Positions 10,713 to 19,918 of a stretch of 64,000 bases of DNA are shown piece by piece. The translations under genes were made by a program, and so were the position numbers. The DNA is taken from contig JABDBX010000001.1 of assembly GCA_013288445.1 (NCBI GenBank), positions 4,838 through 68,837 on the forward strand, read 5' to 3'. How positions within the stretch are numbered: the stretch's first letter is position 1; each line of letters begins with the position of its first letter. The stretch comes from Bacteroidota bacterium. GTDB taxonomy: Bacteria; Bacteroidota; Bacteroidia; Chitinophagales; Chitinophagaceae. The notes below the pieces were generated by a model. It worked only from the letters and a program-made list of their open reading frames with translations, was not told the DNA's origin and ran no database searches.

Positions 10713-11018
10713 TTAGTATATCCAGTGTGCTGGGTTCGACTGTGCTGTATTGTAGCATTTGTAATCGGTTAGTTCATTATCCAATACTGCACATGCGAGG
10801 TAAATAGTGGCCAGCGGCAGCCATTTTGCATTAGTTAGTACAGTCCTTATCTGCTCATCTCCATAATATCTTCTGCAAGCCCTGATATCAGGCACATCGC
10901 CACGCTCAAAGACCCGTTCAATGACGAACGCAGCTTTTTTCCGGTAGTCAATCGCATCAAAATTCACATCCCAGAAGATACGATGATTGAAGGTTGGCGG
11001 ATGGGTATTGGCTTGCAT
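10713..11018 (-). CDS. DUF6922-like small protein
   Basis: IFWDVNFDAID...FVIERVFERG...YYG signature; ATG at 11018 is the likely start. Confidence 0.75.
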   Translation of the reverse strand: MQANTHPPTFNHRIFWDVNFDAIDYRKKAAFVIERVFERGDVPDIRACRRYYGDEQIRTVLTNAKWLPLATIYLACAVLDNELTDYKCYNTAQSNPAHWIY

Positions 11019-11026
11019 GGTATTAA

Positions 11027-11235
11027 TTATGGAAGGGGTATATTCAAACGGACACAAATCCCAAAAGCGACTTCAGATATAATAACGGAATCATCAATGG
11101 TGAATTAAGAAAAGCAGTAGCCCCGGTTTTGGGATTTTTAAACCGGATAACACTTCCCCTATTATTTAACTCGGGAAATTGAAATATCACGCAGCCTTTT
11201 GACAAAATGTATTGGGTAAGTTGAACCTTTGTCAT
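11027..11235 (-). pseudogene. HicA-like toxin with a single-base frameshift near 11098
   Basis: N-terminal frame MTKVQLTQYILSKGC...FKNPKTGATAFLNSP continues in the shifted frame as IDDSVIISEVAFGICVRLNIPLP*, a HicA-type C-terminus. The span is 209 nt (70 codons minus 1). Confidence 0.6.
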
Positions 11236-11489
11236 TATGCAAAAACGGATACATTTAAACGCTGTGAGGAAACAAGACCATGGTGTATAGGCTCATTTTT
11301 ATTGTTTTCTTCGCGGTCTTTTAAAACAAAAGGAATAAGATCAATCAGGTTTTTAACGGCTTCATCGTGTGTTTTACCCTGGGCAAACGCTTCGGGAAAT
11401 TCTGCGCAGGAGGCAGAAAAATAGCCGGTCTCGTCATCTTCTATTACCGTTGCCACTAACTGAAATGAGATGTTATATGCGTTTTTCAT
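11235..11489 (-). CDS. HicB-like antitoxin (short, no DNA-binding domain)
   Basis: VIEDDETGYFSASCAEFPEAFAQGKTHDEAVKNL matches the HicB RNase H-like fold pattern; TAATG coupling to the downstream gene. Confidence 0.8.
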   Translation of the reverse strand: MKNAYNISFQLVATVIEDDETGYFSASCAEFPEAFAQGKTHDEAVKNLIDLIPFVLKDREENNKNEPIHHGLVSSQRLNVSVFA

Positions 11490-11607
11490 TTCCTATTTTT
11501 TTCCTATTACATGAGTGCTGATAGCACCAAAGATAAGATATTTATTGCACCGATAACGATCTAACAAATGCTTTTAACAATTTTCAGAAAGAACAGTTTC
11601 GATTACT

Positions 11608-12666
11608 CTACTCTATTTTTATCAATTCCGATTTAGGCAGAATGTTCCTTTTGAGCCGGAACCTTTTGGCAACGGTAAAGCGGAAATTGCCGGTGTTCAC
11701 TTCCTGCCACGCACCGGGTTCCACGGCATTGTCTTCGGTAACGAGCCTTATATAGGTGACCCCGGCAAAATACTTATCAGAGTTATACCCTGCTGCAAAT
11801 TTTCCACTCAGGTTCAGCACGGCGCCCAGTTTTTTCTGCTGCTGGTCTGCAAGTGTGTTGGAGAGCGATGCTTCATTAACTCCGAGGCCACCGGTTAAAA
11901 TGCCGGTAATGAAAAACCTCTTTTTGATAACCAGCGTGTAGGCATACCCACCGCTTGCACCCATGCCACTATTGCTGCTGGCATTGAAGCGGTAGTTATG
12001 GAAAAAATTGGCGTAGCTAACGTCAGAGGGCGTAAGCGCAGAGTCGCCCCTGGCATCGAAGTGGTATATGCCGCCACCTAAAAGGAACGAACCTGCGCTC
12101 TGTTTCTGCAGCTCATTCTGGTAAAAGGGGGCATTGTAAGAGAAGCGCTTATCGTTAAATACATATTGGAGCTCCAGGGTAATATCGCGGGTGCTCACAT
12201 CGGGCCGGGTGATTATGTGGGTCGTCAGGTTGCTGATAACTGATTCAGAGTTGGCAAGATAATAGCCCCTGTAAAACTGCCCGTAAAAGTCTAAAATGAA
12301 CTTATGTACGTAAAGATGGGTCTGCAGGTCCAGGTAATGGGTCTTACCATAGGTACTCTTGTCCTTTCCAGCCCCAGGAACATAAACCCCGAGGTTCAGG
12401 CACAAAAACCGGTAGTTGAACCCCAGACCAAAATTATTATGGTCATTAGGCTTATAAATAAGCTTATCGTGCCCGTTTATGTATTTGAAGTTATTGAACT
12501 TCGTAGATTCGTATGCGCGCACAATAAAGTATTTGCGGTAATAATCTTTTATGTATGCGGTGTCCCTGTTGGCATGTTTTATAAGTATGCCAGTCTGTGC
12601 TGCGGCCCCGGTTAAGAGACCACACATGGCTGCCATAAAGATCACTAACCTTTTCATCAAAAGCAT
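11608..12666 (-). CDS. DUF4421-like outer-membrane beta-barrel protein
   Basis: Signal peptide, YKPN...GLGFNY, DFYGQFYRGYY, NELQKQSAGSFLLG. Confidence 0.75.
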   Translation of the reverse strand: MLLMKRLVIFMAAMCGLLTGAAAQTGILIKHANRDTAYIKDYYRKYFIVRAYESTKFNNFKYINGHDKLIYKPNDHNNFGLGFNYRFLCLNLGVYVPGAGKDKSTYGKTHYLDLQTHLYVHKFILDFYGQFYRGYYLANSESVISNLTTHIITRPDVSTRDITLELQYVFNDKRFSYNAPFYQNELQKQSAGSFLLGGGIYHFDARGDSALTPSDVSYANFFHNYRFNASSNSGMGASGGYAYTLVIKKRFFITGILTGGLGVNEASLSNTLADQQQKKLGAVLNLSGKFAAGYNSDKYFAGVTYIRLVTEDNAVEPGAWQEVNTGNFRFTVAKRFRLKRNILPKSELIKIE

Positions 12667-12730
12667 TATCTTGAAAGTTGAAGTTACAACTAAGTGACGA
12701 TGAAAAAATAAATAAACGGTAATTTAAATA

Positions 12731-13504
12731 ATGGAAGACCCTCAACATTTAAAACAGTTCCTTGATTCAAAGGTTGCCATATACAATAAGCCGTCTTTTA
12801 TAGAAAAAGACCCTGTTTGCATACCGCATTCGTTTACTAAAAAACAAGACATAGAGATAGCCGGACTTTTTGCGGCGGTGCTGGCATGGGGCAACCGCAC
12901 TACTATAATAAACAATTGCAGAAAACTAATGGGCTGGATGGACAACCAGCCTCATGATTTTATCGTTCATCACAAGGATACCGACCTGAAGGGATTTGTT
13001 CATTTTGCGCACCGCACTTTTAATGCCACAGACCTGCTTTATTTTATAGAGTTGCTGCAACACCACTACCGGGCGCACGATTCGCTGGAAGATGCTTTTG
13101 TACCGGCAAAGCTGTATAAGGAGGAAACTGTGGAGCAGGCGCTGGTTCATTTTCACCACTACTTCTTTTCTATCCCCCACCCCGAACGAACCCGAAAGCA
13201 TATAGCCACCCCGGAGCGCAACTCAGCCTGCAAGCGCCTGAACATGTACCTGAGGTGGATGGTGCGTAAGGATAAGAATGGTGTTGACTTCGGGATATGG
13301 ACGAAAATAAAGCCATCGCAACTTGTATGCCCGCTGGATGTGCACGTGGCGCGGGTGGCCGAAAGGCTTGGCTTGCTGGAAAACATAAAATCGAACTGGC
13401 CGAATGCCATGCGGCTCACCAGCCATTTAAAAACCCTGAATGCTAAAGACCCCGCCGCGTATGATTATGCGTTGTTTGGCCTGGGAATGGCGGAGCGGTT
13501 TTAG
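12731..13504 (+). CDS. TIGR02757 / DUF2400 family protein (HhH-GPD-like)
   Basis: FIEKDPVCIPH, LAWGNR, SACKRLNMYLRWMVR, PLDVHV, DPAAYDYALFGLG. Confidence 0.92.
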   Translation: MEDPQHLKQFLDSKVAIYNKPSFIEKDPVCIPHSFTKKQDIEIAGLFAAVLAWGNRTTIINNCRKLMGWMDNQPHDFIVHHKDTDLKGFVHFAHRTFNATDLLYFIELLQHHYRAHDSLEDAFVPAKLYKEETVEQALVHFHHYFFSIPHPERTRKHIATPERNSACKRLNMYLRWMVRKDKNGVDFGIWTKIKPSQLVCPLDVHVARVAERLGLLENIKSNWPNAMRLTSHLKTLNAKDPAAYDYALFGLGMAERF

Positions 13505-13571
13505 AGGGAATGTTCCATCTCTTATTTTCTGATCTTCAAAGGCGGAATTGCACCATAAAGTTATGCATGAA

Positions 13572-13819
13572 TAGCCCCGGTCTTTAGACCGGGGTAGAAT
13601 TATAAATACCGAGGCTTTAGCCGAAACTACTTCCGCTGGAAAGTTCGTGCTGAATATTTCGGCTAAAGCCAAGTCATATCACCCAAACAAACGTAGTTCG
13701 ATACCTTCGGCATCGTGCCAAATTTTGTATCACTTTTTCTATAAACGTTAGATGCCTTCAGCATCGCCCGGCGCGATTTTTTTCTTAACCAAAGGATATT
13801 GGTCTAAAGACCGGGGCTA
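13572..13819. repeat. Family A REP-like composite containing a family B unit
   Basis: Perfect 19-bp terminal IR TAGCCCCGGTCTTTAGACC / GGTCTAAAGACCGGGGCTA; internal GGCTTTAGCCGAA...TTCGGCTAAAGCC IR; family B unit GATACCTTCGGCATC...GATGCCTTCAGCATC at ~13690-13790. Confidence 0.85.
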
Positions 13820-13857
13820 CAAAAAAATTGCAATATTCTTAAAAGCCGTTCCAGTCC

Positions 13858-15645
13858 TTATTTAGATGACAAATAAGACTGCTCGTATTTAAGGTCGTTG
13901 GTTTTTTCTACGACTTCCCTGATCACAAGGTCAAGGTCGTGTGTTGCTGTTTTCAGGTTCTCGAGCACCTCCACATTATTTTCTCCGGCGATCAATTCAT
14001 AATCAACCAGGGAAATAAGACCTAAGATACTCGCCACAGGGCCACGCACTTTGTGCGACTGTATCCAGGCTATTTCCTTGAGCCTTGCGTTCTGCTCTTG
14101 TATTTTCAATAGCTGCGATCGTTGTTCGGATATATCCCTGGAGATGCAGTTGACGCCTACAATTTTTCCATCCACATCCACTATAGGGTTAGAGCTGATT
14201 TCGAAATATAGGTTTGCGTCATTATAGTTCTCCTCTATAACCACCGTGAAACTTTCTCCCCTGAACGCCCGGTCGTAATCTTTTTTTCTCGAGTTAATAA
14301 ACTCTTCGGAATGCCAGTTGCCGAGTACATAATCCCCCTCGTCCAGGGCAATGCCAATGAGCTTGTAAAAGAAGTCCTGGTAAGGCTTGTTGCAGAAAAT
14401 TATGCGCAGGTTTGCGTCAACCGACCAGATAAGATCCTTTGTGTTGTTGATGGTTGCGCTCAATTTCTGTTCATTGTTCCTTATAGCGTCATAGAGCTCC
14501 TTTTCTTTGGTAATGTCTATGGTTATTCCATTTATCATATCCGGTTGCCCGTCTTCACCCTTTTTCAACCGGGAGCTAACTTTCAATGTTTTTAAGCTGC
14601 CGTCAACGTTATAATAACGATACGCAAATTCGGTACTTCCGGTTTCTTTCACTTCATCTACTGCGGCCATCATCAGGTGACGGTCATCGGGGTAAACGGC
14701 CTCTACTACCTCCTCCTGGCTTCGGGCTTTCCCCGGTTCGCAGCCAAACAGCTTGTAATAGGCGTTGTTGGCATAAGTAAGTTCCATTGTGTCTGTCCTC
14801 CTCGACCAAATAGCATCGCTAATAGACAAAAGTATGTTATCGAGTTGTTCTTTCTGCTCTTTGATCAGTGCATTCAACTCCCTGTTTTGCATGTCCGTGA
14901 TCATCTTTGAGTTCACATCCACAGCAAAGCATAATCTCGCCGGGATACCTTCAAATAGGGTTGCGTGGGAGTACATGTGAACATAAAACACCTCCCCGTT
15001 TTTCTTTTTATGCCGCCAGTAACCGGCGTCATAATAATCATCCTTGCGGTGATTAAAAGTTTCGAGCATTGCGGCAACATCCTCAGCCGGCCTGATGTCC
15101 AGGATAGACATTTGGCTGAACTCTTCTTTATTGTAACCATACTTGGCAATAGCAGCTTGATTTACCACCAGGTATTTAAGGGTCTTTTCATTAAATATCC
15201 ACATGGGCAGCGGCCCATTATCGAAATGCCTTTTATACTCATAAAACGTGTTCTCCGCCTCCAGCTTCAGGTTTGTGCGTTCAAAGGCAATACAAATAGC
15301 CCGGCCTAACTGCCGGGAATCGAATTGACCATTTACCAGCAGGTCTTGAGCACCTTCATGTATTGCATCAATATAGGCGCGGTTATCATCGTTGCCTGAC
15401 ACGACAATAACAGGTATGTGTACAAAGTGGCTTACCAGGCGACGAACGCTAAAAACATCGCTTTCGCTATTCATGCCGAGACTGGCAATAATAACGCTGA
15501 CGTTGGCTAGGGGGATAGAAAAGCTATCGGGAAATGACAAACCTCTAAAAATATGTTCTTCGGCATAATTAAGGTCAGCCAGCATTTTTTCAAGCGTGGC
15601 ATATTTAACCTCATCTGGTTCTATTACAAGGATATTTTTTCCCAT
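13858..15645 (-). CDS. Receiver-like + multi-PAS + HisKA-like signalling protein
   Basis: N-terminal REC fold (ILVIE, IPVIVVSG, GAQDLLV), PAS/PAC repeats, C-terminal QSHKVRGPVASILGL; no HATPase domain. Confidence 0.85.
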   Translation of the reverse strand: MGKNILVIEPDEVKYATLEKMLADLNYAEEHIFRGLSFPDSFSIPLANVSVIIASLGMNSESDVFSVRRLVSHFVHIPVIVVSGNDDNRAYIDAIHEGAQDLLVNGQFDSRQLGRAICIAFERTNLKLEAENTFYEYKRHFDNGPLPMWIFNEKTLKYLVVNQAAIAKYGYNKEEFSQMSILDIRPAEDVAAMLETFNHRKDDYYDAGYWRHKKKNGEVFYVHMYSHATLFEGIPARLCFAVDVNSKMITDMQNRELNALIKEQKEQLDNILLSISDAIWSRRTDTMELTYANNAYYKLFGCEPGKARSQEEVVEAVYPDDRHLMMAAVDEVKETGSTEFAYRYYNVDGSLKTLKVSSRLKKGEDGQPDMINGITIDITKEKELYDAIRNNEQKLSATINNTKDLIWSVDANLRIIFCNKPYQDFFYKLIGIALDEGDYVLGNWHSEEFINSRKKDYDRAFRGESFTVVIEENYNDANLYFEISSNPIVDVDGKIVGVNCISRDISEQRSQLLKIQEQNARLKEIAWIQSHKVRGPVASILGLISLVDYELIAGENNVEVLENLKTATHDLDLVIREVVEKTNDLKYEQSYLSSK

Positions 15646-15787
15646 TTTGTTTTTCTAAGAGCAACAATAACCCGCATAATAAATATTGCTACGCATTTAT
15701 ATGTTATGCCACAATTGAATCGGTATAAACAAAATTAATAAAAATTTCAGCGTTACTGGTCACCTTTTAACACATAACCCTGATTTA

Positions 15788-15944
15788 GTGACGATGACAA
15801 AATAAATACCACCATCTGACTTGTTCTTTTTCATTTCTGCTTCGTCCCAAAAGTCCTTAAATAGCTCACTATTCGCGGATTTTGTGCCTTGCATAAACGA
15901 AAAATAACTTCGCCATATAGTGGTATTTATTTTGTCAACGTCAC
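15788..15944. mobile_element. MITE family C, copy 1 (157 bp)
   Basis: TIR GTGACGATGACAAAATAAATACCAC / GTGGTATTTATTTTGTCAACGTCAC, flanked by a TTA/TTA direct repeat. Confidence 0.88.
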
Positions 15945-16024
15945 TTAACCATACAAACCATAATTGTAATCAGAGGAAACAGTAAATTTTTACTTTGGGG
16001 CTTTTCGCTATTTTTGCCACCATT

Positions 16025-17455
16025 ATGGCAAACGATAATAAGCTGCAAAATATTATAGGGCACTGCAAGGAGTATGGTTTTGTATTCCAGTCGAGCGAAA
16101 TATACGATGGCCTGAGCGCCGTGTATGACTATGGCCAGTATGGCGTGGAGCTAAAGAAAAATATACGTGAATACTGGTGGAAGAGCATGACACAGATGCA
16201 TGAGAACATAGTAGGCATTGACGCCGCTATATTTATGCATCCCACGGTATGGAAGGCAAGCGGGCACGTAGATAATTTCAGCGACCCCATGATAGATAAC
16301 AAGGATAGCCAGAAACGCTACCGCGTGGATCACCTGATAGAAGGGTTTGCGGAAACGTTGGCGAAAGAAGATGGAGACGCTATACTGCAACAAATGGACC
16401 AACTGCTGGCTGCAAGCGACTTTGCCGGGCTGAAGCAACTGATCGAGGACCGCAAAATATCGTGCGGAGTCAGTGGCACCTGCAACTGGACCGATGTGCG
16501 CCAATTCAACCTGATGTTCTCTACAGAAATAGGCTCTGTGGCAGAAGAGGCCAATGTAATATACCTGCGCCCGGAAACAGCCCAGGGTATATTCGTGAAT
16601 TTTCTGAATGTGCAAAAATCGGGCAGGATGAAAATACCGTTCGGCATTGCGCAGACGGGGAAGGCATTCAGGAATGAGATAGTAGCCCGTGGGTTTATAT
16701 TCCGTATGCGGGAGTTTGAGCAGATGGAGATGCAGTTCTTTGTGCGCCCCGGCACACAAAAGGAATGGTATGAATATTGGAAAGAAACAAGAATGAAGTG
16801 GCACCTAAGCCTGTGCATATCGCCTGATAAATACCGGTTTCACGACCATGTGAAGCTGGCGCACTATGCCGATGCCGCTTGTGATATAGAATATGATTTC
16901 CCAATGGGATTTAAGGAGGTGGAAGGGGTGCATAGCCGCACAGACTTCGACCTGAAAAATCACCAACAATTCAGCGGTAAAAAACTGACCTACTTCGATA
17001 CTGACATTAACCAGCATTATATACCCTACGTAGTGGAAACGTCCATAGGCCTGGACCGTACCGTAATGATGATACTGAGTGAAGCCTACGAAGAAGAAAA
17101 CTTGAGTACTGAAGAGAAGCAGGATAGCCGCGTAGTGCTGCGATTTCCGCCAATGCTGGCGCCCATAAAACTTGCTGTGTTGCCACTGACAAAAAAAGAT
17201 GGCCTGCCGGAGATAGCCCGTGAGCTGATAGACCAGTGCAAACCACACTTCAAGTGCTTTTATGAGGAGAAAGACAGCATAGGCAAGCGTTACCGCAGGC
17301 AAGATGCCATAGGCACCCCGTTCTGCATTACCATAGACCACCAGACCAAGGAAGACCAGACGGTAACCATCCGCTACCGCGACAGCATGACGCAGGAACG
17401 CATACCACTAGCAGGCGTGAAGGACATGGTGATGGATAAGATAAAGATGTTTTAA
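16025..17455 (+). CDS. glyQS: Glycine--tRNA ligase (alpha2 type)
   Basis: SSEIYDGL, YLRPETAQGIF, FRMREFEQME, SIGKRYRRQDAIGTP; ATG at 16025 follows a TATTTTTG box. Confidence 0.97.
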   Translation: MANDNKLQNIIGHCKEYGFVFQSSEIYDGLSAVYDYGQYGVELKKNIREYWWKSMTQMHENIVGIDAAIFMHPTVWKASGHVDNFSDPMIDNKDSQKRYRVDHLIEGFAETLAKEDGDAILQQMDQLLAASDFAGLKQLIEDRKISCGVSGTCNWTDVRQFNLMFSTEIGSVAEEANVIYLRPETAQGIFVNFLNVQKSGRMKIPFGIAQTGKAFRNEIVARGFIFRMREFEQMEMQFFVRPGTQKEWYEYWKETRMKWHLSLCISPDKYRFHDHVKLAHYADAACDIEYDFPMGFKEVEGVHSRTDFDLKNHQQFSGKKLTYFDTDINQHYIPYVVETSIGLDRTVMMILSEAYEEENLSTEEKQDSRVVLRFPPMLAPIKLAVLPLTKKDGLPEIARELIDQCKPHFKCFYEEKDSIGKRYRRQDAIGTPFCITIDHQTKEDQTVTIRYRDSMTQERIPLAGVKDMVMDKIKMF

Positions 17456-17542
17456 GAGAGAAATAAATTGTCTCTTGCTTTCCACATTACAAAAATTCAT
17501 AGTAACTTTGTATGATTGTTTCAGAATGAAATAATACTGATT

Positions 17543-17806
17543 ATGACTGCAATCCAGATAAAAACATATGAAATCTTAAAAAGAAATTTTCAAAAAGAAG
17601 AAGATGCAGCGGCGGTTATGGAATTTTTCGAAAATGCCGCCGAAGAAAAAATAAATCAAAAAAAAGAAGTTTTCTTAACCAAGGATGATAAGGTAGAACT
17701 TATAAAAGAAATAAAAGAAACCAAAGCGGATATGATCAAATGGATGTTCCTATTCTGGATTGGCCAAATAGGGGTGGGGGTTGTTATGTATTTCCTTAAA
17801 AAGTAA
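17543..17806 (+). CDS. Small coiled-coil membrane-anchored protein (DUF1640/CCDC90-like)
   Basis: LTKDD...ETKADMIKWMFLFWIGQ plus C-terminal TM; TAACTTTG box at 17503-17510. Confidence 0.7.
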   Translation: MTAIQIKTYEILKRNFQKEEDAAAVMEFFENAAEEKINQKKEVFLTKDDKVELIKEIKETKADMIKWMFLFWIGQIGVGVVMYFLKK

Positions 17807-17856
17807 CGCATAGCAATAGCTTCCCGAACAAAGAAACAATATGAATTGATTAATTT

Positions 17857-17883
17857 GCCGTTCCTCTTAGAACGGCTTTTTTT
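17857..17883 (+). terminator. Rho-independent terminator
   Basis: GCCGTTC-ctctta-GAACGGC followed by T7. Confidence 0.65.
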
Positions 17884-18207
17884 ATGGCAAACGAATTAAT
17901 AGAAGATACCGCCATCGCGCTCCAACAGGAATGGGATTTACAACTCCCAGAAACGCTCTCTGTAGAAGCTATATTGAAATTGCTGGCGGACCGGATCGTG
18001 ACCATACTGGAACGTGGGCCGGACACCTTTTTCCAACTCATGTACCGGCTGGATATTTCAGAGAAAAAACTGAATGCTATTTTGCGTGATGAGGATGTAG
18101 CCTTAAAAATTGCACGCCTGGTTTACGACCGGCAACTGCAGAAGATACAGAGCAGGCAAGCCAATAAAAAGACCAATGAAAGTGATGATCCGGAGTTGAG
18201 GTGGTGA
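17884..18207 (+). CDS. Conserved hypothetical protein
   Basis: 107 aa; FFQLMYRLDISE and RQLQKI motifs resemble a Bacteroidota conserved family. Confidence 0.65.
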   Translation: MANELIEDTAIALQQEWDLQLPETLSVEAILKLLADRIVTILERGPDTFFQLMYRLDISEKKLNAILRDEDVALKIARLVYDRQLQKIQSRQANKKTNESDDPELRW

Positions 18208-18225
18208 CCTTTCTGCTATGTGCAC

Positions 18226-19713
18226 CTATTTATTTTCCGGGGACCTCAAAATAAACCCATCTTCCGTTTCAAAAGCATTGCATTTGCGCAAATAAGCTTC
18301 CATACTATCTAAATCCTCACCATGAACGGAAGAACTGAATTTATAAGCCCTTTGCAGCATCTTGACGTACGTTGCAGGTTCACTTTTCTTAGTCAACCGT
18401 TTTATTGCGCCCAAATAGTCAACCCGATAAACGGTAGGGATAATGATCTTAGACAAGTTTTTACTGGAAAGCTCGGCATTCATCATTACTCTTGCGATTC
18501 GCCCATTACCATCTAAAAAAGGATGTACTTCGCTTACGAGAAACATCATGTATGCAGCTTTGGCAAAAGGATCCTGGAGAAATTTATAAAAGTCAAATCC
18601 CTTTTTTAAAGTTCCGGCTACCAACTTCCAGTCAACAAATTGCGTACTCCCTGCCCTGTTATTTTGTTCTTTAAATTGACCTGGTTTTTTACCAGTCCTT
18701 GCGGCTAACAACACCCGATGTCTTTCCCTTAATAAATCCAATAACTGTTCAGCACTTTCAGGGCAAATTGACATTTGCTTTCTGTCAGATACAATGTGAT
18801 AAGTTCCGAGTATATCATGCGAATCCTCGTCCCTCAATGGTTGTGGTGTTTCTGTTTGAACAATAGCTTTAGCTTCTGCTACTTCAAATTCAGTTCCTTC
18901 AATGAAATTTGAAAAATATCCTTCAAAAAAAGCAAAGCTTTGATATGCTTTTAAGCTGCCATTTTTATCCATATAGTTTTCAAATCCGTGTTCATTCAAA
19001 TACTGGTATAGCTTCTGGAATAAATCAATTCTATCTGGGTCAAAAGGCTCACCTAAGGCCCTTGCCTTTGCAACAGCGCTATTCAGGATTTTGGAAGTGT
19101 GCGTAGATAGCAAAGCGCTTATAACCTGGCTAAGAGTTTCAAACTCCTTTTCCATATCAAGATGGTCCGCTATACTTTTTGCTTCATCACGTACCTGGTT
19201 CAGTGCGTCTTCTCCCCTTGTCCTGATTATTGTTTCGAGCCGTTCTTCTATATGGCTCTTACGTAACGCTTTCGGATGTGTCGTTGTGCCTTGTACGGTC
19301 TGCATATTTTCCAAAAACGCCCTTGCCTCCGTTGACCGGTATAGATCTTTATAAAAAGTTGTGGTACCATAGATTTTGCCGGGGCCGTTTAATAAATGAA
19401 TGGTCAACCCGGGCAATTCAATATTTTTCGAGTACTTATGCGTTATGAAGACGTGATTATTTATGGGCATACCCTCTAGTGCGCTTCGATGGCTCAAAAT
19501 GCTTTCAGGATAGAGGATAGACAGGATTATATACCAGTTTCTTCTGACGATGCTTTCGGGTGGATCGGACAGATTAGATGTATATACGCGGGGAGCAATT
19601 TTTTTTAGTTTCCCTTCTTTAACGAGCCTGGAGATTTTTCTTGATTCCGCATCATTTGACGAACCACCTATGACCTCATTCAGGAACGGTGTGGAGGGAT
19701 TTTTTTCTACCAT
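18226..19713 (-). CDS. Fic family protein with N-terminal extension
   Basis: Canonical HPFLDGNGRIAR motif; FFEGYFSNFIEGTEF; N-terminal KLKKIAPRVYT...LSHRSALE region resembles AbiEi-like domains. Confidence 0.9.
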   Translation of the reverse strand: MVEKNPSTPFLNEVIGGSSNDAESRKISRLVKEGKLKKIAPRVYTSNLSDPPESIVRRNWYIILSILYPESILSHRSALEGMPINNHVFITHKYSKNIELPGLTIHLLNGPGKIYGTTTFYKDLYRSTEARAFLENMQTVQGTTTHPKALRKSHIEERLETIIRTRGEDALNQVRDEAKSIADHLDMEKEFETLSQVISALLSTHTSKILNSAVAKARALGEPFDPDRIDLFQKLYQYLNEHGFENYMDKNGSLKAYQSFAFFEGYFSNFIEGTEFEVAEAKAIVQTETPQPLRDEDSHDILGTYHIVSDRKQMSICPESAEQLLDLLRERHRVLLAARTGKKPGQFKEQNNRAGSTQFVDWKLVAGTLKKGFDFYKFLQDPFAKAAYMMFLVSEVHPFLDGNGRIARVMMNAELSSKNLSKIIIPTVYRVDYLGAIKRLTKKSEPATYVKMLQRAYKFSSSVHGEDLDSMEAYLRKCNAFETEDGFILRSPENK

Positions 19714-19918
19714 TGCACAAAATTTTAGGTCCTTATAAGAAAATTTTAGTGCAATTTACATTTTTTAGAGAATTTTTTATACAGGTTACTAATAAAACTA
19801 AATTATATAAATTCACGAGGAACTTCCTATTTAAACGCATTTGCCACGTGAAGACCCGAGCAAAGGTGGTGATTTCCGTTCTTTAATTTACTTTTATTCA
19901 AATGATTATTCAGCGTGT

